From NCBI GenBank assembly GCA_000708835.1, contig DF237004.1, forward strand, positions 69,480 through 133,479: 64,000 nucleotides of DNA, written 5' to 3'. This document shows, piece after piece, positions 46,801-58,306 of this stretch (its first letter is position 1; each line of letters begins with the position of its first letter). Origin of the DNA: Klebsormidium nitens (Eukaryota; Plantae; Klebsormidiophyceae). Made by a program: the position numbers and the translations under genes. Below the pieces are notes generated by a model. It ran no database searches and had not been told where the DNA came from. It saw nothing but the letters and a program-made list of their open reading frames with translations.

Positions 46801-49800
46801 CACTGAAGTAGTTGCGCGAGCGTGCAGGTGAAGGGCCACATCAGCTCGATGGCCATGTGCTTGGAGGACGAGGACGAGCGCATCCGGGACCTCACCAAGC
46901 TCTTCTTCCATGAGCTCTCCAAAAAGGGTGAGAAACAACTTCTTGGCGAAGTTTCTTAGTCTCGCATCCAGAATGTACGGGCTGCTGTTTGGCTGTTTGG
47001 TTGCTCAGCGTCGTCCCGTCAACAAACTGATGGTTGTCAATGCAGCTGTTGACAAGAAAGCTCTCGCTTCAAACATCGGGCACGTGAATGCTTGTACGCT
47101 GCTCGCAAGCGTTTGCTCGATCGCTCAAGCTGCAGTCCCAGAAGAATCTGCCAGCCGCCTGTCTTGGCCCATAACCAGCTTATCTTTTTCCAGTCCCAGG
47201 CAACGAGTCAATGTTTCACGAACTGCTCTCCGACCTGAAAGAGGTTTGTATTGTGCTGTTCGAGTCACTCCACTCCCGCTCTTCCCCACTCATAGGACTC
47301 GGACTCTTTTCGTTCTATTCAGGCAACAACCCGATCTACAACCTGCTTCCCGACATGCTGAGCCGGCTGTCGGCCGATGCGAACGTTCCTCCTGAGAGCT
47401 TCCGCGCGATCCTGGAGTACATGCTGGGCTTCATCGAGAAGGACAAGCAGACGGAGGGCCTCATCGAGAAGCTCTGCAACCGCTTCCCCCAAACAACGGG
47501 TGAGAAACTTTGGGCGCTCACTTCCGTCTCGATCTTGAAAGCGGGCTCAATCCCACGGTATGACGGTACCTTGAAGTGCCTGAAACACTAGAAATCAGAA
47601 GGCTACACGTTACGTTTTGGGGATATAGGAGGAGCACCGAAGAGTACCGGCTCTTGAAACACAGGTAGCACTCGAGGCTTGAGAACGTTGATGATTCGTT
47701 TGTTTTGCACTTGAGCAACATTAAACCAGCAAAGTCCATCGGATGGCCCTGAAGAAGATGTATACAGGGGCAAGTGGAGTTCCTACTTCGACGTCATAGG
47801 ATCACGAAGTCATAGGATCACGAAAGCGTCCAAAACTGTAACTGTCGCTTGCTTCGTTGTTTGCTTCAAAAGAACATGGACCAGCAGAAGTGGCGATTGG
47901 CGAATGCCGCTCAAATAATGGATAGATCACGCTCCCGCTCGACTGACGGCTCGAGGCCCCGTTTTTGCAGAGGTGAAGCAGTGGCGCGACATCGCGTACT
48001 GCCTGGCGCAGCTCAAGTTCACGGACCGGGGCCTCAAGAAGCTGGTGGAGCACTTCAAGAGCTACCAGGACACGCTCTTTGACGACGAGGTGGTGGAGCA
48101 CTTCCGGACCATCATCTCCAAGGTGGGTTTTTTGTAATATGGCTTCAGTCTGATTGATACATGGGTTACCATGTAGAGTTGGGAAATGGAGCGCTTCGGT
48201 CAAGATTGCGAAAAAGCTGCGGTGTGAAAACCTGCGGTGTCTGAAGGAGATGCTCGAAGCGAGCACCATCATCTCCAAGGTGAGCGGCTCAAAACTTCCT
48301 ATTCGCCATAGAATTCATCTTGATCAAGGAAAGAGCCACTTCAGAAGCACCGGCGCCAGTGAGGGCGCCAGTAACTTGACTTTCTTCCCAGTAACTTGAA
48401 CGTTTCCATGGTAATGTCCTGAAGAGCTTACTTAATGGAGAATGGCAATGGAGTGCGTGCGGGCGGGGCCCAAAAGCGCCCTGGATTTCCTTCACGAATT
48501 CCAACACATCGAGCTTGTAATGGACGTGAGGCACAACGAACAGCGTGCAACTCCTGTTTCCAATTAACCTGAGAAAGAGCTGCAGGTCTGCTTCGTGTTT
48601 TCCAACAACTCTTCTTCCCTGCGGTTCGCTCAGCGATCGTACCAAACTGCGGGCCCCTCAAGGCGAGGCTATCGCATCTCTACGTCCGTTGCCGGCTAAC
48701 CTGCACTGCGCGTGATGTCACGCTGACGTCATTCTCCCGCTCCCCTCCCCCCCGGCAGGCCAAGAAGTTCGCCAAGCCGGAGATGAAGGCGGCGGTGGAC
48801 GAGTTCGAGAAGCAGCTCACGGCGACGCATGTCGAGAAGAAAGAGGACTGGACCACCGCGCAGAACGCCGCCCGGCGCGCGGCCAAAGGCGGCGGCGCGG
48901 CGACCGCCGGGGCGAGCCAGGAAGAGGGTGAGTGACTCAAACTCGGTTCGTGTTCATGGCGTGTTCAAGATGTATCTGCTTGCTTATCGGGGGATGCCAT
49001 GAGCAAGGGAACATATCTCAGAATCTGGTTCTCATAGATTCGGCTGCATTGGGGCATTGGCTCGCTTATAGAGCGATGGTATCAGAAAGCGACATTCTTC
49101 AGAGTGGGTGACGGAAACCTCGGCTGGAGAAGTGATCGGAGCGATCGGAGTCCCGCATTGCTGAAACTTCAGCATACATTTGCTCAACGTGAGTAAATCC
49201 TTGTCACAACAGGGCGAATGAAGGCTGCTGTAATGGCCTTCGAAAGAGGAGGATTCTACGTCATAGAGTGTTTTTGGAGATGCAAGAAGTGGAACCTCCT
49301 CCAATTGAAAAGGCCAATGCTGCAAGGACCTGCTGACACAGTGTCTGCGCCCTCCAGGCGATGCCGATCAGTCCGCAGAGGCAGCTGGTGGCGACGAGGT
49401 TCCGGCGGAAGAGCAGACCGCAGACGCACCGGAAGCGGATCTTCCAGCAAGCGAAGAAGATGACGCTTTGGAGGAGGCCACGGAGCCGGAGGGACAAAAA
49501 GCAAAAGGGCGCCGAAAAGCGGCCGGCAACGGAAAACGGGCGGCGAAGAAGGTCGATTCGGCGTCTGAGGAGGAAGACGAGAGCGAGATTGAGGACGGGG
49601 GAAGCGAGGATGAAATTGAAGGTCAGGACGATGAAAGCGGGCCGGAAATGGCTGCGGGGTCGCCCTCCGAAACTGGGGCTAAGCGGGGAAAGGAACGGAA
49701 AAAGGCGACCAGGAGAAAGGTGGTGGAGTCGGAGGATGAGGACAGCGGCCTCGGGAGCGAGAGCGAGGAGGAGGGCGAGGGTTCGATTTCGAACGGCACG

Positions 49801-51556
49801 AAGGCCGGAGGAAGGGGTGAGGGGAAGATCGCATCGAACGGAAAGAGCAGCCGGGGTCGAAGGAGCGCGGTGCGAGCGGGTGAGGAGAGTGCGGAGGATG
49901 AGGAAGGGTTCGACGAGAAAGGGGGGGAGGAAATGAGTGACGGGGAAGGGGGGGAGGAAATGGGTGACGGGAGGGGGGGGGAGGAAATGGTTGGCAGAGA
50001 AGGGGGGGAGGAAATTGGTGACGGGGAAGGGGGGGAGGAAATGGGTGGCGAGACAGGAGGGGAGGAAATGAGTGATGAGGAAAATGAGGTTTCTGAAGAT
50101 GAGGCGAAGAGCGAAGACGAAAAAGACACGAAAGCGGAAAAAGAGGGCGACCAGACTGCGTTTGAGACGCAGAAAGCGGTCGCCAATTCGAGCAAGAGCC
50201 ACGTTCGGAACAGCAGCGGACTGGCGGAGAAGCCAGTAAAAGAAGAAGCGTTGGGGCGGGGGGTTGGTGTGAATAAGCAATCTGGGGCTGGTGTCAATAG
50301 GCGTTCAGCGGCTGGTGTGAATAGGCCGTCTGTGAAAAGTGAGCCGGAGGAAGAGGACGAGACGGGCGATGAGAATACGTCCCCTCCGAACGCGGGAAAA
50401 GGCGCCCGCAAAGAGGGCTCAAAGGCAGCGAAGGCTGCGGCTGCGCACGTGAGCTGAACTTTTTTGCACGTGCACTGTCACTGTTGAGTTTCTGAAGAGC
50501 CGGAAGCTCCTGGTTGCCTTCTCCACGTTGCTGCAGACTATCCGTTTGCTTTTTCTGCTCATCTGGTGTCTACCCTTCATCCCACGGTTGGGATGCGTCC
50601 AAATATTGTGCTACTTTGTTTCGAGCAAAAGTTCCGGCTATGTTGGATTGTCTCACCGTCGTTCGAGCATCTGGAAATTGTTGCATTCCCGTGCTGCACC
50701 CTCCTTCAAAATCGCTCCTTCTTGCCTGTCCCCTTCATGTCAAGCAAAGCCAGTTGGTTGCCCATTATCGCTAGCCCAAGTAAATTCGCTGTCTGCCACG
50801 GGCACTGCAAGTAGAGCAAGCGACTCAAACTCACACAGAGTCTATCTTACCCAAAGCTCCTCCTATTTGCGCTGTGAAATGCTGCGCGCATGACGATTCA
50901 AATTCTGGTCCCGAAAGTAAAGGATTTTGCCTTACAAGGTCCAAGGAATTCTGAGTGTCCGCTGAGAGTTCGAGGTATGCTGTTGACCCACAGCCGTTCT
51001 CATCTAGTCTTATTTCTGGTCTTCTGAAAAAAACCATCTCAAGCAAAAACAAAAATAACTAATATACAATAGATAAAGTTTTTAATAAATAGACTATTTC
51101 GACCTGCAGCGCCGGCGGCGCGCGATCCTGGACAGCGACTCGGAGGATGACACTGAGGAAGAGTCCGACGACGAGTGCGAATCAAGCCCCAAGCGTGGGG
51201 CCCCTGCGCGGCAGTCCAAGCGCTTCTCACAGTCGTCCGAGAACGAGAGGTGAGGGCCTGCCGTAAACTCACTTCTTGATTGTGATTTCCACGTTTCCCG
51301 TTGGGGTTCCCAAGCGGTAAAAGATGCTTCGGAGGATGCACATGGCTCGGGAGATAGCAGCGGTCGGAAAAAGAAACGTTTTGATGCCCCGTTACGAGCG
51401 TGTGGTGATTTCTTGTGAACATTCCTGTTATCAATTCCAATTGCCACACCGGGAGCAATTGCTTCAGCATTGGATCTGGCACATCGCAGACTCGTGACAG
51501 CGTGCCTCTGACAGGTCTCTTCTTCTTGCAGAAGACCACTTCAGCCCCTTCGGTGA
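37875..51556 (+). CDS. NCAPD2: Condensin I complex HEAT subunit CAP-D2 (Cnd1)
   Basis: Exons 37875-37998, 38421-38502, 38890-39166, 39460-39617, 40188-41478, 41957-42181, 42704-42894, 43174-44002, 44516-44748, 45788-46010, 46828-46927, 47323-47499, 47971-48122, 48759-48927, 49358-50448, 51110-51250, 51532-51556. Motifs SHRNALKIY, LLERVRDVNSFTRTRVLQAW, RLEDKASNVRKAALQLL, CEANLQLLFT..VRCNCVVALGDLAFRFPNLVEPWT..YARLRD..VRKNTVMVLTHLILNDMMK|VKG, GNNPIYNLLPDMLSRLS. Confidence 0.95.
44100..48290 (+). repeat. Intronic echoes of CAP-D2 exon ends
   Basis: 5'-end copies with CAG acceptor start at 45452 and 45624. 3'-end copies with GT donor lie at 46089-46154, ~46283-46330 and ~46408-46465. Further copies at ~44115-44155, 45275-45312, ~47215-47250 and ~48255-48285. 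Confidence 0.9.
49921..50082 (+). repeat. Coding 27-bp tandem repeat (GGEEM(S/G)DGE-like) x6 in the CAP-D2 tail
   Basis: Translation GGEEMSDGEGGEEMGDGRGGEEMVGREGGEEIGDGEGGEEMGGETGGEEMSDEE. Confidence 0.9.
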
Positions 51557-52488
51557 TGGGGAAATACATGAAGGATGGCTGTTCTGAGGCGGATCTGCGT
51601 TCAGCCTCGCCAGGACGGGTTGCACGATACGCCTTTTTGCTGTTCCACCTAAATCTATTAGGCTTTCACAATTCTCTGTAACGCTGTTTCTAGAAGTAGG
51701 TCTTACCGGGTCCTTGCTCTTTCGAGTGTTCGGGCCAGATGCACTCTCGTCATCATGACTGTGCGAGAACATCTAACTGTCAGGCAGTGGCGCCAAACAC
51801 TGCCAAATCCTGAGAAAAGATCAGCATTTGGAAAGTCCTGCTCTGCATGTGAACGGGCTGTCCAGTTGATTGACATGGTCAAGCATGTGCTGGCACATGC
51901 GATGGCAAGTGCTGCACATGAGCACGCGTTTGTAACCATCAAGGCAGTTGACTCAAGACCATGCATCCTCCAAGTCTGAATCACAGACGCAGAGATCCGA
52001 AATCGCAGGCCACTGCGCTTGCCATGAGCTATCCAGCGCCTCTGTAACCTTTGCCAGCCATAGTCGTTCACTGATATGTATATACCATGGTCGGATCACA
52101 GCTGATATACAATCAAGATCCACATAAACGCGCGAGCTGCAGTTGAAGCAGGCCCGGCCGGAACGATCATGTTTACTAGATGCACCATGTAAGCTGCGCG
52201 CACTAACGCATGGCTTTTGCTAGCTCATGCTATTGGACCCCGGCAACTCTTCGCATGAGCTGCATTGTATTAGCATTGTTTACGGATGTGGGCCAAGCTG
52301 CCTGCCTCAATGCGTGCACAGGAAAATAAACCTAACCCCAGCATATTGTAAGTGCGTGACGCAACAGTCACGTCACATTGGCGGCCTTGCGAAATTCTAG
52401 CATCAAGTGTACTTGTCGACAGCCGCATCGAGCTCAAGGTTTCCTCCCAAGTTGAGCTATCTGTACGGTCAACCTCCACTTCACGGAT

Positions 52489-55400
52489 CTACCTGCGGGA
52501 GATCTTCGCTTTCGGCATCATCTTTGCGATCTCCTTTTTCCTTCGCTTCTCCTCTTCCCTGCATGTTCGAAACGGAGGGCTTTCAGGATGCTTAAACCTC
52601 TCCCTTTCAAGACGTTGCAGAAAGGTCTCGCGTGTATCGAGGTACTTTCACAGCAAAGTCTCTTAACTTCGAAAAATTAGTAGACCTTTTAGGTGAGATC
52701 CGGCCATATTTCTAAACCGGACCTGCTGTGGAAATCTCTTTGCATCATCTGCGTCAAAGTCAACCTAAGATCAACCTCCACTATGCAATACAAGGCCTTC
52801 ATGACAACAACCTCACCCTCTCACGAACTTAACTTAAGAATCCTAACGAGAGGGATCCCCCCCACCTGCGCTGCTGCTCGCGCGACAGCCCCGCGAGCGC
52901 CTCGTCCTCCGCGGCCTTCTTCTCGGCCTTTTTCTTGGCCAGCAGCTCCGCCTGCTTGCGCATCTTCTCCTTGTGGTCCTCCTCCACCGTCTTGCTGCGC
53001 CGCTCCTCGGCCTTGGCGCGTTGCTGAAGAATCAAAATGAAGGCAGAAGTTTAGACATAAGACTAAGAGGACACAGTAAGAGCGAAAACAATGCATAACA
53101 GACTTTTCATCTCATGACTGGATTTGATCGGATCACTCGATCACTCGATCCCGAAAGCGACCCCTTGATGAAGCGAAAAGTCGGTCATGCGGTCTGATTT
53201 CAAGTCGACTCTTGCTCCATCCTCTGGCTAGGCCGCTTCTTCGCCTTCGCCCGTTGCTGTCGTTGAGAAATACGACCATGAGTGCTATCGGCAGCAAGCT
53301 CTGACGGAGCAATGAGAAAGTGGATAAACAAGTTGGTCAGCCAAAACTACGCCCTCGAAGTCCCATTCGATGGATAAGGATTTGAACAGAGCAACCCTCT
53401 GCTCGGTGAGAACAAAGATGGAGTATCGTCTCAGTTGGGTCGTTAGGCGCAGCCTTCGATGAGAACGATGTATGGAGGTTACGGGATTTCGGTTGGGGTC
53501 AGTACGAGAAAAACAATCTGTCTCACCTAGGGAGAGAGGCGCAGCCTACCAGTGAGGACGATATAGAATGGACCCCGCGATTGATTACAAGTGTTTAGAT
53601 CATCTCAAAACAAAGTTCCAGGGAAAGAACGGGAAGGCAATTGAAAGCCGGGGCAGAGTAGCTGCAAAACTTAGGAAAAGCCAAATATGTAAGCCCCACC
53701 TGGGGCGTCAAGCGCAGCCTTCCAACGAGGTCGATGTAGAAGGGAATCATCGCAACGAGGCGCGTGAGGTCCTCCATCTTATCGGCGGGCGGCAGGTTGA
53801 ACACGAAGCTGAGCGCCTTCTTCCAAGGCGGCGGCGCATTGTCGGTGAAGTGCATTGACACGAAGTAGCGGCCGTGCGTCGCAAAAGCTTTGTCGCCGAG
53901 GGCCTGCGGTAACGGTGAGATTCTTAAATCGTGCTCTTCTGTTTTCTTTCTTTGAAGACATAGTGGTTACATCGAGGAGATCCAGGGACGTGATGTGCAG
54001 AGTGTCTGACATGCCAAAGTTTGACAGCTCGAGTTGGATATGAGCTTTGTCAAAAGTGCAGCTTGTGACGGGAACACAGACATGCTCATGGGCAATATCT
54101 TCCAGGGGTACAAACGCCAATAATGTCCCTTGTGAGCATGTTGGCAACTCCTTAGCATCGCAATCCTATCAAGCAGCCCGCAGAAGGCCGCTCGCACTGA
54201 GTCCAACTTCAAATGCGACCTCAGACAATTTAAGTAACATAAAGTGGAGTAAAGAAACGAAGGCGGAGGCAAGGAGAGCCAGGATGACGACGATCCGACG
54301 TCTGAACTTGAAGCATATCACTAGCCGAGAAACCCGCCGAATCGACGCGATAGAATCTAAAAGAGCACAAGAGACAACGAAAGCGAGAACAGAAAACGAT
54401 AAGAACCACCGTCATGAGTACCATAACCGGTGTCAGCTAGGCACACACTCACTCAGCAAACAGGTCCCTATTCTTCGTAAAAAGATTGACACCGAAAACT
54501 GCTTGAACAATATCAACGTGACGCTCTCTTAGTATCGGGAACATAGAGAGAACGGACGAGCGTAGAATTGCTACCAGATCCAGCACCACAAGGGCAGCAG
54601 ATGCGCGACCATACGCTTGCTCTCCGCATTTGAGGTGAGGACGAGCACGAGCCGTTCAGAGCCACAGAAAATGAAACAGAATCAGAAAAGAACAGGACCT
54701 CCAAAATCACAAACATGTTCTCGTACCCGATCCAGCGCCACCTTGGGCAACAGGCCCGCAATCCAGGACCTTGCTTTCCGCATGTACGGTAGGGACAGAA
54801 AACGAACCGTTCAGTAACAAATACTGAATTTTGAGATGACTAAACCTTCAAAACACGAATACTTTTTCGTACCTGATCCAGCACCACCTCGGGCAGCAGA
54901 TCCCCGATCAGGTCCTTGCTCTCCGCAATAATGGTCAGCTCTTCTGCGAGGCGCTTCGGGCGCGGCGCGTCCACGATCGCGGCAAACTCCCGGAGGTCCT
55001 TCTCGTTCTTGACCATCACTTTCGCGGTGCGCTTGCGCGCCAGCGCGAAGATGAACGGCTCCATGTCCTCCTCGTTCATGTACACCTCAAACCTGGGTTT
55101 GGAAGATCCGGGTTAAGGGATTCATGGGGTTAAGAATCTTCAGTTCTGATCTTTGGGTGCTGCCTTTCCAAAGTAAAATGCTCTATGTTTGGCATCAGCT
55201 TGTATGTGCGCTTGCGACCCAGCCCAAAGATGAATGGCTCCATGTCACCATTATTCATGCACACCTCGAACCTGGGTTTAAAGGTTTAAAGGTTTAGCGG
55301 TTTGAGACTTTGGGGTCTGGATGTTCGTGATTTGAGCAGGTGCGGTTTGGAACGTTTGAACGACTTGGCTTTCACATCATCTCGTCCTTTGTCTGAGCAT

Positions 55401-57768
55401 CGACTTCCATGACAGCCGTGGTCCGAGCAAGAGAGTGCAGCTCGAAAGCAGTACTTACCGGATGCGGTCAGCCGCGGGCTGCACAGCCGAGATGGCGCTC
55501 ATGACGAGGTCCTGGCGTGCGCGCAGCTGCATGGTGGCGAGCAGCGAGTGGCAGAAGCGCCGGCCCGACGCGTAGAACTTGAATGTTGCCTGGCCCTCCT
55601 TAGTCATGAGCGCGCGGTCGCCCTCGCTCGCGGTGCCCACGCCGAGCAAAGTAAAGTTCTTATGGAAAATCTTGCCTGCAGAAATCGGGTTATAGTTCCG
55701 TCAATAGGTCGGGAGGCTGGCGACCGGGGGCGTTACAGCTCCAGAAGCCTGAAAAGGGGGTCATGAGGCTGGCAATGCCGACACCAAGCAAACTGAAATT
55801 CTCGTGGAAGATCTTGCCTGCAGAAATAGGAGTGTCACCAAGTCGGGAGAGGGACGAATCGGGGTGCGGTTAAAACCCAAAACTCTGTAAAGGTGGTGGT
55901 TATGAGTGCCCGATCGCCCTTGCTGGCAGTGCTCTCTTCGAGCAGGGCTGAAGTTCGTATGGAAGATCTTGCCTGCACAGAAGGGTGTTTGCCAGAATTC
56001 TGCCAGGTGTCGGACCAGGACGCTTCGGGGCTAAGCGGGATGAAGGACACGCCCAGCAGGCTTCTTACGTTCTTACGGAACACAAAGGAAGGTGTGGGGC
56101 GCGAAGTTGAAATGAAGAGTTAAGAACCGGTAACATGTAACCAGATAGCGAGCTACAGTTGTCTTGAGACACTCTGGCTCCGAGGGGAAAGTGGTATAGT
56201 GAGAAGTTGGCGCATGGGCGGAGGGTTAGAGCGGAGGGTTTCTTAGAACCGACACGCCGGGCTAAGGTTGGAAAAGTTGGAACGGGAAGCTTGGGCAATA
56301 CATAGGAGTCGTATTGAAAGCCTTGTTTGTTTGCCGAACAGTGAACGAGAGTGAGACTACTGAAACCGGCCGAGTGCTTTCCAGTAACTAAGCACATCGA
56401 GATTGCCCAAAACTTTTACCACAGAAGTGCAAGAATCCAAGAAGTTTTCTCGTTCCTTATAGAGATAAGGAAGAGCTTCAGTCCCTTGCACCGCAGCCAC
56501 GCACCTGGGTCCGCAAACTCGGCCGCAAAATCGCGAGCAAACTTCTCGTTGCGCTTTCCCCCCAGGTAATAGTTTGCCAGGTAGCCTAGCAGCAGCACAA
56601 CCCCCACCGCCTCGTAATAATACGTTTTAGGGCCGGAAGAGGACGTAACGGGGGCCGTTTTTTGCTTTTTAGGAGTCCCCTTGGACTGGCCGGAGGGTTT
56701 TGTGACCGGCTGCGCATTCTCCATTGCTTCAACACCTTCAAATTCGTCCTGCAAAAAAGGAGTCGGTGTCAGGGTGCAAACAGAGCCCGCGAAGCTGGTG
56801 ACCTTGACACTGACGAATGAGAGACAGTGCTCGGCTTTCATTGATGTCAAGCTGTAGTTATGGCTCCCAAGCCGGCAGCTTTGATACGGAACATCTGGGG
56901 TGACGGAGTGATGCGATCGAAGCATGAAGTTTTGCATCGTAAAGAGTGAGAGGCTTGTGACTCCTGAAGCTTAAGAAAGGGCTCGACTCTGACACGAGCA
57001 ATCAGATTCGAATGCAGTGGCGTAAGGTACGAAACTTGTCTAGAGAATATCACTGGGTGCCGCTTAAGTGGTGGCGCCACGTACTTAACCATGTCCACAT
57101 TCCACGGGGGCGGTTGCGAGAATGCCGGAAGCAATTGGAAATTGACTTGTCCGAGTAATGCATGGTGAATGAATCAACATAAGCTTGGCCATCTAAATCC
57201 AGGGTAAACATAGCTCCTTTCCGTTAAGTTAGAGGTGCGGTCCAACATCAGAACTTCTCATTCCTTTGACTCTGAATGTACACTAATGGGAATTCAGATC
57301 GGAATGGCCAGAGCAACCAAAGTGGATTCAGCGGATCCCGCATTCTGATTGAGCCGAGTATGTTAAAAAGAGGGCGCTTGACGTATAAAACCAAAGCCAC
57401 AAGGAAATTACCTCATCCCACTCATCCTGCCTCCTCTTGGCCCCTGCCGCCTTAATCGTCATGTCAGATCCGACTTGCAAATCCTCGTCACCATCATCAT
57501 CCCCCTCCTCTTCCGACCCCTGTATAGAGCCCCTGCTCGCCTGATACCCTTGTTGTATATGCGGCTTTGGAGCGACGACAGCTGGGGCGGGCTCATCGTC
57601 CTCCTCCCACTCATCCCCAAACCCTTCCAGCTCAGCAGCGCGCACGGTTTTCATCCCCAGGCTCAGCTCGAATACCTGGCCGCAGAGAGCCAGGAGTGCG
57701 AGCACCGCCAGCCACCATGTCCAATGAAAGCGCTGCAGGCGCAGGGCCTTCATGAAGGGGCGCAGCAT
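52489..57768 (-). CDS. CCDC47: CCDC47-like (DUF1682) ER membrane protein, PAT complex subunit
   Basis: Exons 57768-57412 (signal peptide, acidic region), 56748-56505 (TM YYYEAVGVVLLLGYLANYYLGGKRNEKFA), 55675-55459 (KIFHKNFTLLG..FKFYASGRRFC..LATMQLRARQDL), 55092-54873, 53903-53700, 53023-52866, 52558-52489 (basic coiled-coil end KKEIAKMMPKAKISRR*). Confidence 0.85.
53225..55975 (-). repeat. Intronic echoes of CCDC47 exon ends
   Basis: Copies at ~53228-53255, 53430-53465, 53523-53570, 54575-54630, 54720-54785, 55205-55280, 55770-55820, 55905-55975. Confidence 0.85.
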
Positions 57769-58306
57769 CGTGATGGCGTTCTGCAGGGCCCACCAAGTGG
57801 CGCGCCAGATTGCGCCCTTTCAGCTTCACGATTAAGGTGCTGTGCTGGGAAAGTGTGTCGCCTTGTTCGTCAGGACCTTCGTGTTTTTCTCGTTCAAATT
57901 TACTCACTGTGTACCCTGAGCATATATGCCCAATAAACAGTCCTCCTATGAGTCGAACGGCTTCGAATATATGGATCAAACTTGATCCTGAAAGTTGTCT
58001 TGGCTCCTTGCAGTTTGAAGTAGACCTAGAAAGTGTAACTGGATAACAGAGGCCTAGGATCCTACTGCATATTCAACTTCAAACATGTGCCTATTATAGA
58101 GACGATCCTTTACAATATATTTTTTATGCTGCTCTTGAATGCTGAACTCCATTTGTGAAGGACCAGAGGGACCAGAGCTGCATTCATTCGCAGGGAGTTG
58201 AGGAGCAGGAGAGGCGCTAGTAGGTATAGGAAGTGCAATGCGATTGATGGTTGCCTAACTTTGCCCTGACATCTGGTTCTTTCTCAGGATCTTCCCTGGA
58301 GGAGCC

